Source: Haloquadratum walsbyi C23
Lineage (GTDB): Archaea; Halobacteriota; Halobacteria; Halobacteriales; Haloferacaceae
Direction of reading: 5' to 3'
Length of the DNA stretch: 32,000 nt
NCBI RefSeq assembly: GCF_000237865.1
Contig: NC_017459.1
Span: 540,001-572,000, forward strand
Positions 8,859-17,825 of the stretch are shown piece by piece (position 1 is the stretch's first letter; every line of letters starts with the position of its first letter). The notes beneath the pieces are model-generated. The model was given only the letters and a program-made list of their open reading frames with translations, had not been told where the DNA came from and did no database searches. The translations under genes and the position numbers were made by a program.

Positions 8859-9413
8859 TTATATCATCTTGATGAGTTCTGTTGCAGCCTCATTGACGTC
8901 ATCTTCATTCTCAACGAGGTGGATTGGAACATTCACCGAACTTGCATATTGCATTCCAGCCGTCCGATTGAGATCCTGTTCAAATTCAATCGTTACGTCA
9001 CTTGTGGACCCATACGTACGCTCGCTTTTTTCACGGCGAGTCTGTATTGTTCCTACCTGCGCTTCAACCAGTACAAACTGATCTGGGGCTAACTCGCGGA
9101 GAACATCATCAGGAAGCCCTGGAAGGTATCCAGCGTCAGTCCTGACAGCCAGATGCGTTGTCAATAACACAGACATCTCTTGTGTTGCATCAGCAACATA
9201 CTCACTCGCACGACGCTGCAACCGTAGCGTCTCCCGACGCTCAAGCTTACCAAGCTCAGCCCGGCTTGTCGCAAGGTCGTCCATAGCAGCCTGCTCAAGC
9301 ATCACATCACCAAAGTTGATCAATTGATACTCATCAGTAAGCTGGCGACGTGCTGTTCGCACAAGCGTTGACAGTCCAACTCCGGGGACACCAGCAATAA
9401 TTGTTATAGACAT
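8859..9413 (-). CDS. Archaeal-type adenylate kinase (AdkA-like) family protein
   Basis: 184 aa. P-loop 'GVPGVGLST', 'FGDVMLE', 'THLAVRTDAGYLPGLP' and 'DQFVLVEA' parallel methanogen/Sulfolobus AdkA motifs recalled from memory. It is 2 nt upstream of yjbQ. Confidence 0.75.
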   Translation of the reverse strand: MSITIIAGVPGVGLSTLVRTARRQLTDEYQLINFGDVMLEQAAMDDLATSRAELGKLERRETLRLQRRASEYVADATQEMSVLLTTHLAVRTDAGYLPGLPDDVLRELAPDQFVLVEAQVGTIQTRREKSERTYGSTSDVTIEFEQDLNRTAGMQYASSVNVPIHLVENEDDVNEAATELIKMI

Positions 9414-9425
9414 GTTAATTCTAAT

Positions 9426-9716
9426 TTAAAAATGGACAATCTCATCATCATCTGTGTTTGAGGAGATTCCGCTTCGGTCATCGTAGTACTTCCGTCCAAT
9501 GAAAGCATCACCAACACAAGTCAATAATGTGTCATACAACTCATCTGCATGTGTAAATTGTTCAACCCCGGATCGTCCAAGGATGGCTTCGATACTTTCA
9601 TCATCACCGTTCGGTGCTTCAAGTTCCTGCTCACCAATCAATTCAATAACCGTCTCACAGGAGGTCGGAAACTCTAATTCGCGAACAAAAAGGTCCCGAG
9701 TCTCTGGTAATCGCAT
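9426..9716 (-). CDS. Small acidic conserved haloarchaeal protein (DUF5789-like by recollection)
   Basis: 96 aa. 'LEFPTSCETVIELIGEQELEAPNG' and 'AFIGRKYYDDR' resemble the DUF5789/DUF2795-type small proteins. It lies 12 nt upstream of the AdkA-like gene on the same strand. Confidence 0.55.
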   Translation of the reverse strand: MRLPETRDLFVRELEFPTSCETVIELIGEQELEAPNGDDESIEAILGRSGVEQFTHADELYDTLLTCVGDAFIGRKYYDDRSGISSNTDDDEIVHF

Positions 9717-10436
9717 CGTATACGCGAATCATTCTCACCCAATTGTAAAGCATTACCGGGTTATATCTTGTCGAATGTTATTATAAATATATATAATTCA
9801 CGAAATATGCTATATGATGCATGTGTATATATTCATGTTAATTCCCCCTGTGGTCAGTAATACGGCATCATAGATATACGTCTCAATCCATGTAAAAATC
9901 AAAATATAAATATCCCAATCAATTTCTGGGGCATGATGATGAATTGATATTGCTGGTGGTACATCAGACGACAAACGTGTATATTTTACTCTCAGATAAG
10001 ATTATCACTGAAAGAGTAATCAACCTCCAGAAGCAATATCACAACTACAATCATAATCATAACAATACCAATCAAGATCTTGGTGGACACATCATAGCTC
10101 GCCCTTGTAGAGACAATGCCCAATGAAGAATATGAGCATGCAGACCAGAACCAGAGTATCGGGTCAATTTGAAATGTTGCTTTGAATACTACGGACTATA
10201 TATGTGTAAAAATCGTATCAAAAGAACCTCACGACTTCGATCGTGACCGGATGTCATCTCTCGGAATGTAGTCGATATGTGCAACGATCGCTAAGTAATA
10301 ATCCTTTGATAAATAAAACAGATACATAACATCCGAAAGCCAACAAGTACATTGCACCTCGATAATCTTACCCCGCCCGTATCAATTGATTCTGAGTACC
10401 GCTTCATCACTATCTCACCAATTATAAATATATACT

Positions 10437-12245
10437 ATGGCTGATTCACGTCCCACCGCGCAATCACAGGTTGATAATGAGACTGATGACGGTATTCCAA
10501 AGCAGGGTGAGGTGGTGCCTGAGCGGTTCTCTTCAGACGAAGTCTTTCAACGAATTGTCGCTGATGCTGATCATGAGGTTACTTCAAGCGTTCGTGAATT
10601 GTTTTTCAGCGCCCTGGCGGCTGGATTCGCAATTACAATTACCTTCTTAGTGTATGCATCAATGTCGGCGACAACCGAGACACCACTAGTCGCCGCATTA
10701 TTATACCCACTTGGATTTATTTATATCATTATTGGTGGGTATCAACTGTATACCGAAAATACACTCCCACCTGTTGCACTAACGCTTGAACGACTCTCAT
10801 CGGTTCCGACATTACTTCGACACTGGAGTATTGTACTAATTGGGAACTTCCTCGGCGGTGGAATTGGGGCGCTTGCATTAGCTTACGGTGGTGTCTTTAG
10901 CCCTGAAGCGACTTCGGTTGCTGTTGATATCGCGCAAAAGGGTATTTCAACACCTCCAGAGCAATTGTTCTTCAAAGCGGCGTTTGCAGGATTCATTGTT
11001 GCTGGTGTCGTCTGGCTTGATTTTGCCGCTCAGGAAACCATTTCTCGGCTTTTTGTTGTTTACATTGCGTTCTTAGCGATCCCATTGGGTGATCTGTTCC
11101 ATGTTGTGGTTTCATTTACTGAGGCTGTATTCCTTATTGCACATGGAGGTGTCGGAGTCATTGCCGGCTTTGGCGGATTTGTCCTTCCCGTTCTACTTGG
11201 CAATACCATTGGTGGGGTCTTACTTGTCACTGTAGTCAATTATTATCAAACGAGTGAACGTCGACTTGAGATTGATCAATTTACCAATGTCCGACGGCTG
11301 TCCTCTCGGGAGATGTTGCTTGGAAATGTCGCTGGGAGATCATATGTCCCTGTCATTGATACACTTGAGAACTTTACTCGCGATCCTGATTCGTTTCGTG
11401 TACTTGTCCCCATTGCAAACCCTCGAACAGAGACTGAGCTGGTTGAACTTGCCGCTCGACTCGCATCAGCACGGGATAACGGTCGTGTTCATGTTGTCCA
11501 TGTGATTCAAGCGGACAAAAATCTCGTTCTTGACCACGAACACGATCGTCGAGATGAAATTACAGCGCAATCTGAACAGTTACTTGATGGGATTGAGTCT
11601 ATTGTTGATCAGCGCAACGCCAGTTTTGAATCGTCAACAATCGTCTCACCGCGATCATTTGAGGAAATCTTTGACTTCGCCGCACGAACCCGCCCAGATA
11701 TGGTCGTTATGGGGTGGGGTGAAGAGAAGCTATGGAATAGTGCGCGAGCGGAACGACCAATTGATGAACTTACCAATCGCCTACCCTGTGACTTTTTAAT
11801 TGCAAACGACCGTGGGCTTGATTGCTCTGATGTGCTTCTTCCAACTGTTGGTGGTCCTGACGCAGCACTCGCTGCGGAAACGGCGCATGCGCTTCAAGAG
11901 ACCGGTAAATCAACACTTTCGCTCCTCACTGTTGTTGATAATCCAGATGAACGGGCTGCAGGTGAGCAGTTCCTTGATGATTGGGCTGAGACACATGATA
12001 TCAGCGATGCCGAACGAATTGTTGATGTCACCGGTGACGTTGAGGCAGCAATCGAGCGTGAAGCGAAGGAAAGCACAATGGTGATGCTTGGGGCAACCGA
12101 GCAGGGACTTCTCTCCCGATTACTTTCGAATTCATTACACATGCAGGTCGTAAACAAAGTTGACGCCAGTGTAGTTCTTGCAGAACGTCCACACGAGCGC
12201 TCACTTACACAGCGACTCATTGGTAGTGGACGACGGGATCAATAA
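10437..12245 (+). CDS. Formate/nitrite transporter (FNT) family channel, YfdC-like branch, fused to two C-terminal universal stress protein (USP) domains
   Basis: 602 aa. The FNT core has 'FSALAAGFAITITF', 'YPLGFIYIIIGGYQLYTENTL', 'GNFLGGGIGA' and 'LGDLFHVVVS'. Two USP-like alpha/beta modules follow: 'FRVLVPIANP...PDMVVMGWG' and 'VLLPTVGGPDA...STMVMLGATEQG...ASVVLA'. Confidence 0.85.
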   Translation: MADSRPTAQSQVDNETDDGIPKQGEVVPERFSSDEVFQRIVADADHEVTSSVRELFFSALAAGFAITITFLVYASMSATTETPLVAALLYPLGFIYIIIGGYQLYTENTLPPVALTLERLSSVPTLLRHWSIVLIGNFLGGGIGALALAYGGVFSPEATSVAVDIAQKGISTPPEQLFFKAAFAGFIVAGVVWLDFAAQETISRLFVVYIAFLAIPLGDLFHVVVSFTEAVFLIAHGGVGVIAGFGGFVLPVLLGNTIGGVLLVTVVNYYQTSERRLEIDQFTNVRRLSSREMLLGNVAGRSYVPVIDTLENFTRDPDSFRVLVPIANPRTETELVELAARLASARDNGRVHVVHVIQADKNLVLDHEHDRRDEITAQSEQLLDGIESIVDQRNASFESSTIVSPRSFEEIFDFAARTRPDMVVMGWGEEKLWNSARAERPIDELTNRLPCDFLIANDRGLDCSDVLLPTVGGPDAALAAETAHALQETGKSTLSLLTVVDNPDERAAGEQFLDDWAETHDISDAERIVDVTGDVEAAIEREAKESTMVMLGATEQGLLSRLLSNSLHMQVVNKVDASVVLAERPHERSLTQRLIGSGRRDQ

Positions 12246-12357
12246 CTCAGCCATCCCCTTTACCGGACAATAACTGATTCCCTAGAATATATTTGATGTA
12301 GTTGTATCCCTGTTCGAACTCATAAGAGCTAATGAGCTGTATCAATTGATAGCCGAC

Positions 12358-12798
12358 ATGGCACAGAGACGTCCAAGACGACCATGGGTTGTGCTCCTTC
12401 TTGGTATGCTTGCCACTGGGCTTGGGCATATCTACCTCCGGCGGTGGGTTCGCGGAATTGGTTGGTTCGCAGCGACTATCGCCGTCTCAGCGCTTTTTAT
12501 TCCACCAGAGGCGATTCAGACAATCTGGAGCGCCAATAGTGATATCAGCACATTTGCCCCTGCCATTGGCGTTGCACTCGCAAGTGTTGCTGATGCATAC
12601 GTACTCGCTCGAAACGACCAACGCTCATGGGATGACCCATCCACGGCCGGGTCTCTCCCCGATTCAGACACTGGTGATGGACCGCCATCATGTCCAAACT
12701 GCAGTCGTGATCTTGATACTGACATTGATTTTTGCCCATGGTGTACGACGAAACTTCCATCAGACATCGAAACAGATGCAAACTCGAATATCGAGTGA
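12358..12798 (+). CDS. Membrane protein with C-terminal zinc ribbon
   Basis: After the start MAQRRPRRPW there are two to three TM helices, followed by 'CPNCSRDLDTDIDFCPWC'. The track start is TTG 12346; ATG 12358 is more plausible. Confidence 0.7.
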   Translation: MAQRRPRRPWVVLLLGMLATGLGHIYLRRWVRGIGWFAATIAVSALFIPPEAIQTIWSANSDISTFAPAIGVALASVADAYVLARNDQRSWDDPSTAGSLPDSDTGDGPPSCPNCSRDLDTDIDFCPWCTTKLPSDIETDANSNIE

Positions 12799-12804
12799 GA
12801 TATA

Positions 12805-13629
12805 CTATTTTGATTGATCAAACCGAAGTGGGCCCGAGGGTGCGGTCTTGGATCCATCGTGATTATTCGCCCCCCCGTTGGCATCTTCTCCATACGTTGA
12901 ATGAAGAGTTCCGGCAAGCATACCATCACGCCGAAACACCACATATACGATTACGAACGATTTGGTTGCCGGTTCAAGAATAAAAACAGCACGTGGTTGT
13001 GTTGACTCAGGCGACACAGATACGGACGCAGCCTCCTCTTCATCAATTCGACGAATTAGTGGCTCAAGCGGCGTTATGCCGGTTTGAAATTCCCTGATGA
13101 GATTCCGAGCGCCCTGTTGTTTAGCGAATACATATAATGCGCCATTTGGCTTTGCGTCAGTTCCACGCGTCAATCGACTTCCCATTCCCTCACCTTCAGC
13201 AACTGCATTATTCCATGTCGATGTCGCTGCTTCAAAGATTCCAGTTATATCCTCATAAAATATAAATTCAGTCTCAGCGATTATATCGACTGCAGCGATT
13301 TGTGGACCGTCAACTGTCCATTTAATCGTTGCCTCGATGAGATATCCAGCGGCAAGTGTATCAACCGCTGATTGAATTGCGGTATCATGTGCGTTTATAT
13401 CAATATATACTGGTTCAAACTTATCGATTGATACTGCGTTAGCATCATGTTGCGATGTCTCTTCATCTATCATCATATTATTACCATCGGTATCCGTCTC
13501 ATGTGCATCTGCGTTTACGCTTGAATCTTGTAGCTCCTCATCCGTCTCATCACATGCAATAAGGACGAGCTGAGTCGACTCATGTGGATAGCCAAGAACC
13601 CGATATCGCGCTGTCGTCGTCAAACCCAT
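12805..13629 (-). CDS. Acidic hypothetical protein
   Basis: 274 aa with haloarchaeal acidic composition and no TM or signal. It is the longest ORF at this locus, and the overlapping ORFs in other frames (12516-12944, 12732-12983) are basic and not protein-like. Confidence 0.6.
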   Translation of the reverse strand: MGLTTTARYRVLGYPHESTQLVLIACDETDEELQDSSVNADAHETDTDGNNMMIDEETSQHDANAVSIDKFEPVYIDINAHDTAIQSAVDTLAAGYLIEATIKWTVDGPQIAAVDIIAETEFIFYEDITGIFEAATSTWNNAVAEGEGMGSRLTRGTDAKPNGALYVFAKQQGARNLIREFQTGITPLEPLIRRIDEEEAASVSVSPESTQPRAVFILEPATKSFVIVYVVFRRDGMLAGTLHSTYGEDANGGANNHDGSKTAPSGPLRFDQSK

Positions 13630-13830
13630 GCAGATAGATATATGATGGATTATCTTGAGGTCACGGGTTAACTACGTCCCTCTGGGTGGAATGCTCACCA
13701 TATTGTATTCATGATCAGGGAACACTGGTGAAAATCCAATATTTATTTTCACATATTTATGATATATTTATACTCTTCGTCTGACAGTAACGCCGAAATG
13801 ACTACATAATGGCCGCCCGATTGTGCTGAC

Positions 13831-14319
13831 GTGTCAGTTGACGCGTGGGCAAGTCGATCAGAAGGAGTGATGCAGTGGCTTGAACTCGGTGCGGCATATT
13901 TCCTTGTCGTACTATTTGCGATTGGCGTCTTTGATCTCGGGATTTCACTGTACGAACTCATTAATTCAGGCGCATTCACCGACCCAAACAGCCTTATCGA
14001 CCTTATTGATACAGTTTTAGTACTGTTGATTATCGTTGAGGTGTTTGAGACTGTTGTTGCGTCTAGTCGACGTGAACCAGTTGTTCGGATTGTGATTAAC
14101 GCTGCACTCATCGCCATTGCACGAAAAGTAATCAGTTATCGACCATCAGAATATGAATCTGTGCAGCAAGCATTCATTGCTGCGGCATCATTTACGCTAT
14201 TGCTCGTTTCGCTTATCGGTGCTCTCTATGCTATCCGCCGGATAACCAGTCTCGGTATTGATAAAGCTAACAGAGATATGAAAACTCCTGAAGCCTCAAA
14301 ATATCGAAGTGAGGAATAA
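13831..14319 (+). CDS. PsiE-like (phosphate-starvation-inducible E family) membrane protein
   Basis: 162 aa. 'LIDLIDTVLVLLIIVEVFETV' and 'VINAALIAIARKVI' are PsiE-type motifs, and there are 4 TM helices. The start is either GTG 13831 or ATG 13870. Confidence 0.7.
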   Translation: MSVDAWASRSEGVMQWLELGAAYFLVVLFAIGVFDLGISLYELINSGAFTDPNSLIDLIDTVLVLLIIVEVFETVVASSRREPVVRIVINAALIAIARKVISYRPSEYESVQQAFIAAASFTLLLVSLIGALYAIRRITSLGIDKANRDMKTPEASKYRSEE

Positions 14320-14396
14320 CCGGGAGGAAATAAATTAAAAAAATGCTGGGTGTGCTGTATCTATATCTATATTTATTCATGGATAACACGTAATTA

Positions 14397-15446
14397 TCAT
14401 CGTGAAATTCCCTCCGTAGTGTCTGTATCACGAACAGCTGCTACCTCCGCTGGTGTAATGGCAGCTATATCTCCCTTAATCGTCCGTTTTAGTGCCGCGG
14501 TCGCAGCACCGGTCGCTAATGCATGTTCAATATTGCTACAAGTAGTACCATTATGACCATCGTTGAGTTTTTGCGTAAGAAACCCCCCGACGAAGGCATC
14601 ACCAGTTCCGACTGCATCAATCGTTTTAGCGTCGTATACTGGTTGTTCAAAAACGGTATCATTACATAAAGCAACTGCACCGTTCTTTCCTCTTGTCAAA
14701 ATAACCGTCTCAAGATTAAATGTCGATGCAAGATCACGGACAATTGATTCCGGGTCAGCACTCCGATCTAAACATGTATTGACATCACGCTCTGCTCCAA
14801 TGAGAATATCTACATCTGGGAGCAGTGATTGATATGCGTTTTTTGCCATAGTAGTGTTCCACAACTTTGAGCGATAATTGAGGTCAAATGCAGTTTTCGT
14901 CCCAGCTGACTGCGCTATCTGTAGAACTGTTTCGACTGTCGTCTGTAATGTTTCAGATAGAGCTGGTGTAATTCCACTCACATAACATATTGACGCTGAC
15001 TTAATCATTTCAAGAGATATTTCTGCAGTAGTCAGTGTCGTTACTGATGACCCTGCTCGGTCATACTGCACCGTATCACCCCGAGGCTTTCCCCCGGGTT
15101 CAAAATAGTAGGTTCCAACTCGGCCGTCATCATCATGATCCCATATGATATCAAGTTCAACATCATAACTCTGAAGCGCTGTGGTAATACGACGTCCAAG
15201 TGGTGATGCAGGAAGTTTTGATATCCAACCAGTCTGGCATCCAAGTTGTGACGCCACCGCAGCAACATTACTTTCTGCCCCACCCACATGAACATCAAAT
15301 TCATTTGCTTGAGTAATCCGAACACCGGGTGGTGGTGACAACCGAAGCATGGTCTCGCCAATTGTCACAATATCAAGAGCGGTGTCCACACTCGCGTCTG
15401 TACTGCTATCCACATCCGCTGTCTTGCCCATGTTAGATTCGCTCAT
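14397..15446 (-). CDS. kdgK: PfkB-family sugar kinase, 2-keto-3-deoxygluconate kinase-like
   Basis: 349 aa. 'IVTIGETMLRLSPP', 'HVGGAESNVAAVASQLG' and the C-terminal 'DAVGTGDAFVGGFL' form the PfkB signature. Confidence 0.8.
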   Translation of the reverse strand: MSESNMGKTADVDSSTDASVDTALDIVTIGETMLRLSPPPGVRITQANEFDVHVGGAESNVAAVASQLGCQTGWISKLPASPLGRRITTALQSYDVELDIIWDHDDDGRVGTYYFEPGGKPRGDTVQYDRAGSSVTTLTTAEISLEMIKSASICYVSGITPALSETLQTTVETVLQIAQSAGTKTAFDLNYRSKLWNTTMAKNAYQSLLPDVDILIGAERDVNTCLDRSADPESIVRDLASTFNLETVILTRGKNGAVALCNDTVFEQPVYDAKTIDAVGTGDAFVGGFLTQKLNDGHNGTTCSNIEHALATGAATAALKRTIKGDIAAITPAEVAAVRDTDTTEGISR

Positions 15447-15506
15447 ATATTCCCGTTCTCGGATGGTACTACAATAGTGTTATTCTGTGAAATCATCCGT
15501 TAATAC

Positions 15507-17825
15507 TCATTCTAATCGACGATCTTTGTGTCCTGGGTAATCACGCTCAAATCGCGCATCAAGCTCAGTACGATCAAATTCAATAAGAACCGGTCGACCG
15601 TGCGGACAGGCATATGGATTTTCGCATGTGTCAAGTTGTTCAAGCAAATTAACCGTTGATCCCTCAGTGAGTGCTGTGTTTCCAGTCAATGATGGATAGC
15701 ATGCAAGATCGGCGAGAATATCATCAGTTAATGTCTTAATTGTTTCACTTCTATCATGACTGTTGAGAGATTCGGCTGTCTCAGCGAGCACATCACGAAC
15801 CAGTGCCGGGTCAAGAGCTGATGCAAAGGCTGCAGGGACTGCAGTGACGACAATATTATCACCATCACCGTCTGTAACGCGGAAGCCGACTCGTTCAAGC
15901 GCATCGGCATACTCCTCAACTTGAGCGGACTCACCAGCAGTAAGTTCGATTTTAACTGGTTCGGCGAGCGCTTGTGTTGTCACCGTCTCAGCAAGTGTCG
16001 CTTGAAGTTGCTCATAATTGATCCGCTCATCAGCAGCATGCTGGTCAATAAGCACGAGTCCATCGTCTGACTCTGCAATAATGTATGTTTCATCGATCTG
16101 TCCAAGAATTCGCAGCGATGGAAGTGATTCAACAGTCGGTTCAAGAGTTGCCACATCTCCACCGAGGTCATGCTGCACCGATTGCTCATTGACACTGTCG
16201 TTCGGATCGGCTTTTTCTGATTGGTTTTTATTATGGTTATTACCCGAAACGACAGCATCACATTCCTCTCCAGCGCCTTTATGACCGTTATCAACATCTT
16301 CAGTTGATTTCGACTGGCTCTGAACGGTTGTATCAGCAGTTGCATTGGGAGTGCTTGCTTCAATAGTCTCAGATGATTGCGATGACTGCTGATTTATTGA
16401 TGAATCAATATCGGCATCTTCACTCCGACGATTATTATCAACTGTCCATGCAGCGTCGCTTCTCGGGTCAACGTGGCGTGCTGTTTCACTATCTACATCT
16501 GCACCCTCTACTGTTGTATCACGGCTTGAATCAATCGACGTCTCTCTTTGTTGATCTTTGTCGCCGACATCACTCTTTGTTATGTCTGTCCTCTCATCTT
16601 CGGCATCTGATTGGGCTTGGGTTGTATTTTTGATATTATTATTTGGCTCCGACTTTTCTGCGCTTGTATGAACTGACGTCTCAGTTATTTCATTATTATC
16701 GACGTTAGTGTCATCATTAGCACTCTTTGTTGTCACATCAGGCGATGACTGAGTAATCTCGGTCTCTGCAGGTGCACTTTGTCCACGAGGTGCTCGTGAG
16801 CGAATCAGCCCGGCGGATAATAATGCCTCACGTATTGCATTTGTGACAGCATCTCGAACACCGGTCTCATTATCAAATCGTACTTCCATCTTGCGTGGAT
16901 GGACATTGACATCAATTGATCCTGGGTCAATATCAAGAAACAACAGAGCGAATGGATATCGATTCGCAGCCAACTGGTCACCGTATGCATTGATAATCGC
17001 CTCTCGCAGCGCACGTGCTTCCACATACCGTCCATTAATAAATGTCGAAAGATATTGCCGTGTGCTTCGTGTTGTCTCTGGATGTGAAATCAACCCCTCA
17101 ATCGCTGTAATACGGTCACTTTCGATATCTCCGGTAGTAATCGATATCATCGACTCTGCGACCTCTCGCCCATACACTGATAATACCGCCGACTCAAGAT
17201 TTCCCCGCCCGGTTGTAGCAAATACCTCACGATCATTATGTTCAAGTGTAATTGCAACATCCGGATTTGCAAGCGCATAGTGGGTAACGACCGTGTTGAT
17301 ATGGTCGAATTCCGTCGCGGTGGTCTTGAGGAACTTTCGTCGTGCAGGTGTATTGAAAAATAAATCGCGTATCTCGACTACTGTTCCCTCTGGACAGCCT
17401 GCAGCTTCAACGTCAACGACGGTTCCACCTTCGATATGGAGTTCAGTGCCTCGATTGCCATCGCGTGGTTTTGTCCGGATTGTCATCTTTGAGACCGCAC
17501 TGATTGTGTACAATGCTTCACCACGGAACCCTAATGTCCCAACACCGGACGCAAGATCATTGATATCGTCGATCTTACTCGTCGTATGCTCTTTGATTGC
17601 ACGCTGAACAGCATCCTCATCCATTCCAATACCGTCATCGCGAATACGAATTCCGTCTGCTCCTCCTGACTCAACAGCAACAGAAATACGTGTTGCATCA
17701 GCGTCAAGACTGTTTTCTATAAGTTCTTTGACAACTGACGCTGGACGCTCTACAACCTCACCAGCAGCAATCTGTCGAACTGTCTCTGTATCAAGCGCAG
17801 TGATTGCATTTTCGTTACTACTCAT
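15507..17825 (-). CDS. mutL: DNA mismatch repair protein MutL (endonuclease-motif-bearing type) with a very long acidic linker
   Basis: 772 aa. GHKL ATPase motifs are 'ELIENSLDA', 'DDGIGM', 'GFRGEAL' and 'NTPARRKF'. The C-terminal domain has 'DQHAADERINYE' (DQHA-x2-E-x4-E) and 'CPHGRP'. Confidence 0.95.
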   Translation of the reverse strand: MSSNENAITALDTETVRQIAAGEVVERPASVVKELIENSLDADATRISVAVESGGADGIRIRDDGIGMDEDAVQRAIKEHTTSKIDDINDLASGVGTLGFRGEALYTISAVSKMTIRTKPRDGNRGTELHIEGGTVVDVEAAGCPEGTVVEIRDLFFNTPARRKFLKTTATEFDHINTVVTHYALANPDVAITLEHNDREVFATTGRGNLESAVLSVYGREVAESMISITTGDIESDRITAIEGLISHPETTRSTRQYLSTFINGRYVEARALREAIINAYGDQLAANRYPFALLFLDIDPGSIDVNVHPRKMEVRFDNETGVRDAVTNAIREALLSAGLIRSRAPRGQSAPAETEITQSSPDVTTKSANDDTNVDNNEITETSVHTSAEKSEPNNNIKNTTQAQSDAEDERTDITKSDVGDKDQQRETSIDSSRDTTVEGADVDSETARHVDPRSDAAWTVDNNRRSEDADIDSSINQQSSQSSETIEASTPNATADTTVQSQSKSTEDVDNGHKGAGEECDAVVSGNNHNKNQSEKADPNDSVNEQSVQHDLGGDVATLEPTVESLPSLRILGQIDETYIIAESDDGLVLIDQHAADERINYEQLQATLAETVTTQALAEPVKIELTAGESAQVEEYADALERVGFRVTDGDGDNIVVTAVPAAFASALDPALVRDVLAETAESLNSHDRSETIKTLTDDILADLACYPSLTGNTALTEGSTVNLLEQLDTCENPYACPHGRPVLIEFDRTELDARFERDYPGHKDRRLE

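Noticed and set aside
9944-10126. 60-aa ORF in the long AT-rich spacer.
   Set aside because: It starts with TTG, it is basic, and it contains an 'HNYNHNHNN' low-complexity run produced by AT-rich sequence. It is not protein-like for a halophile.
16018-17607. Plus-strand ORFs antisense to mutL (16018-16284, 16373-16633, 16843-17280, 17293-17607).
   Set aside because: They are shadow ORFs of a confidently identified gene, with non-acidic low-complexity translations.
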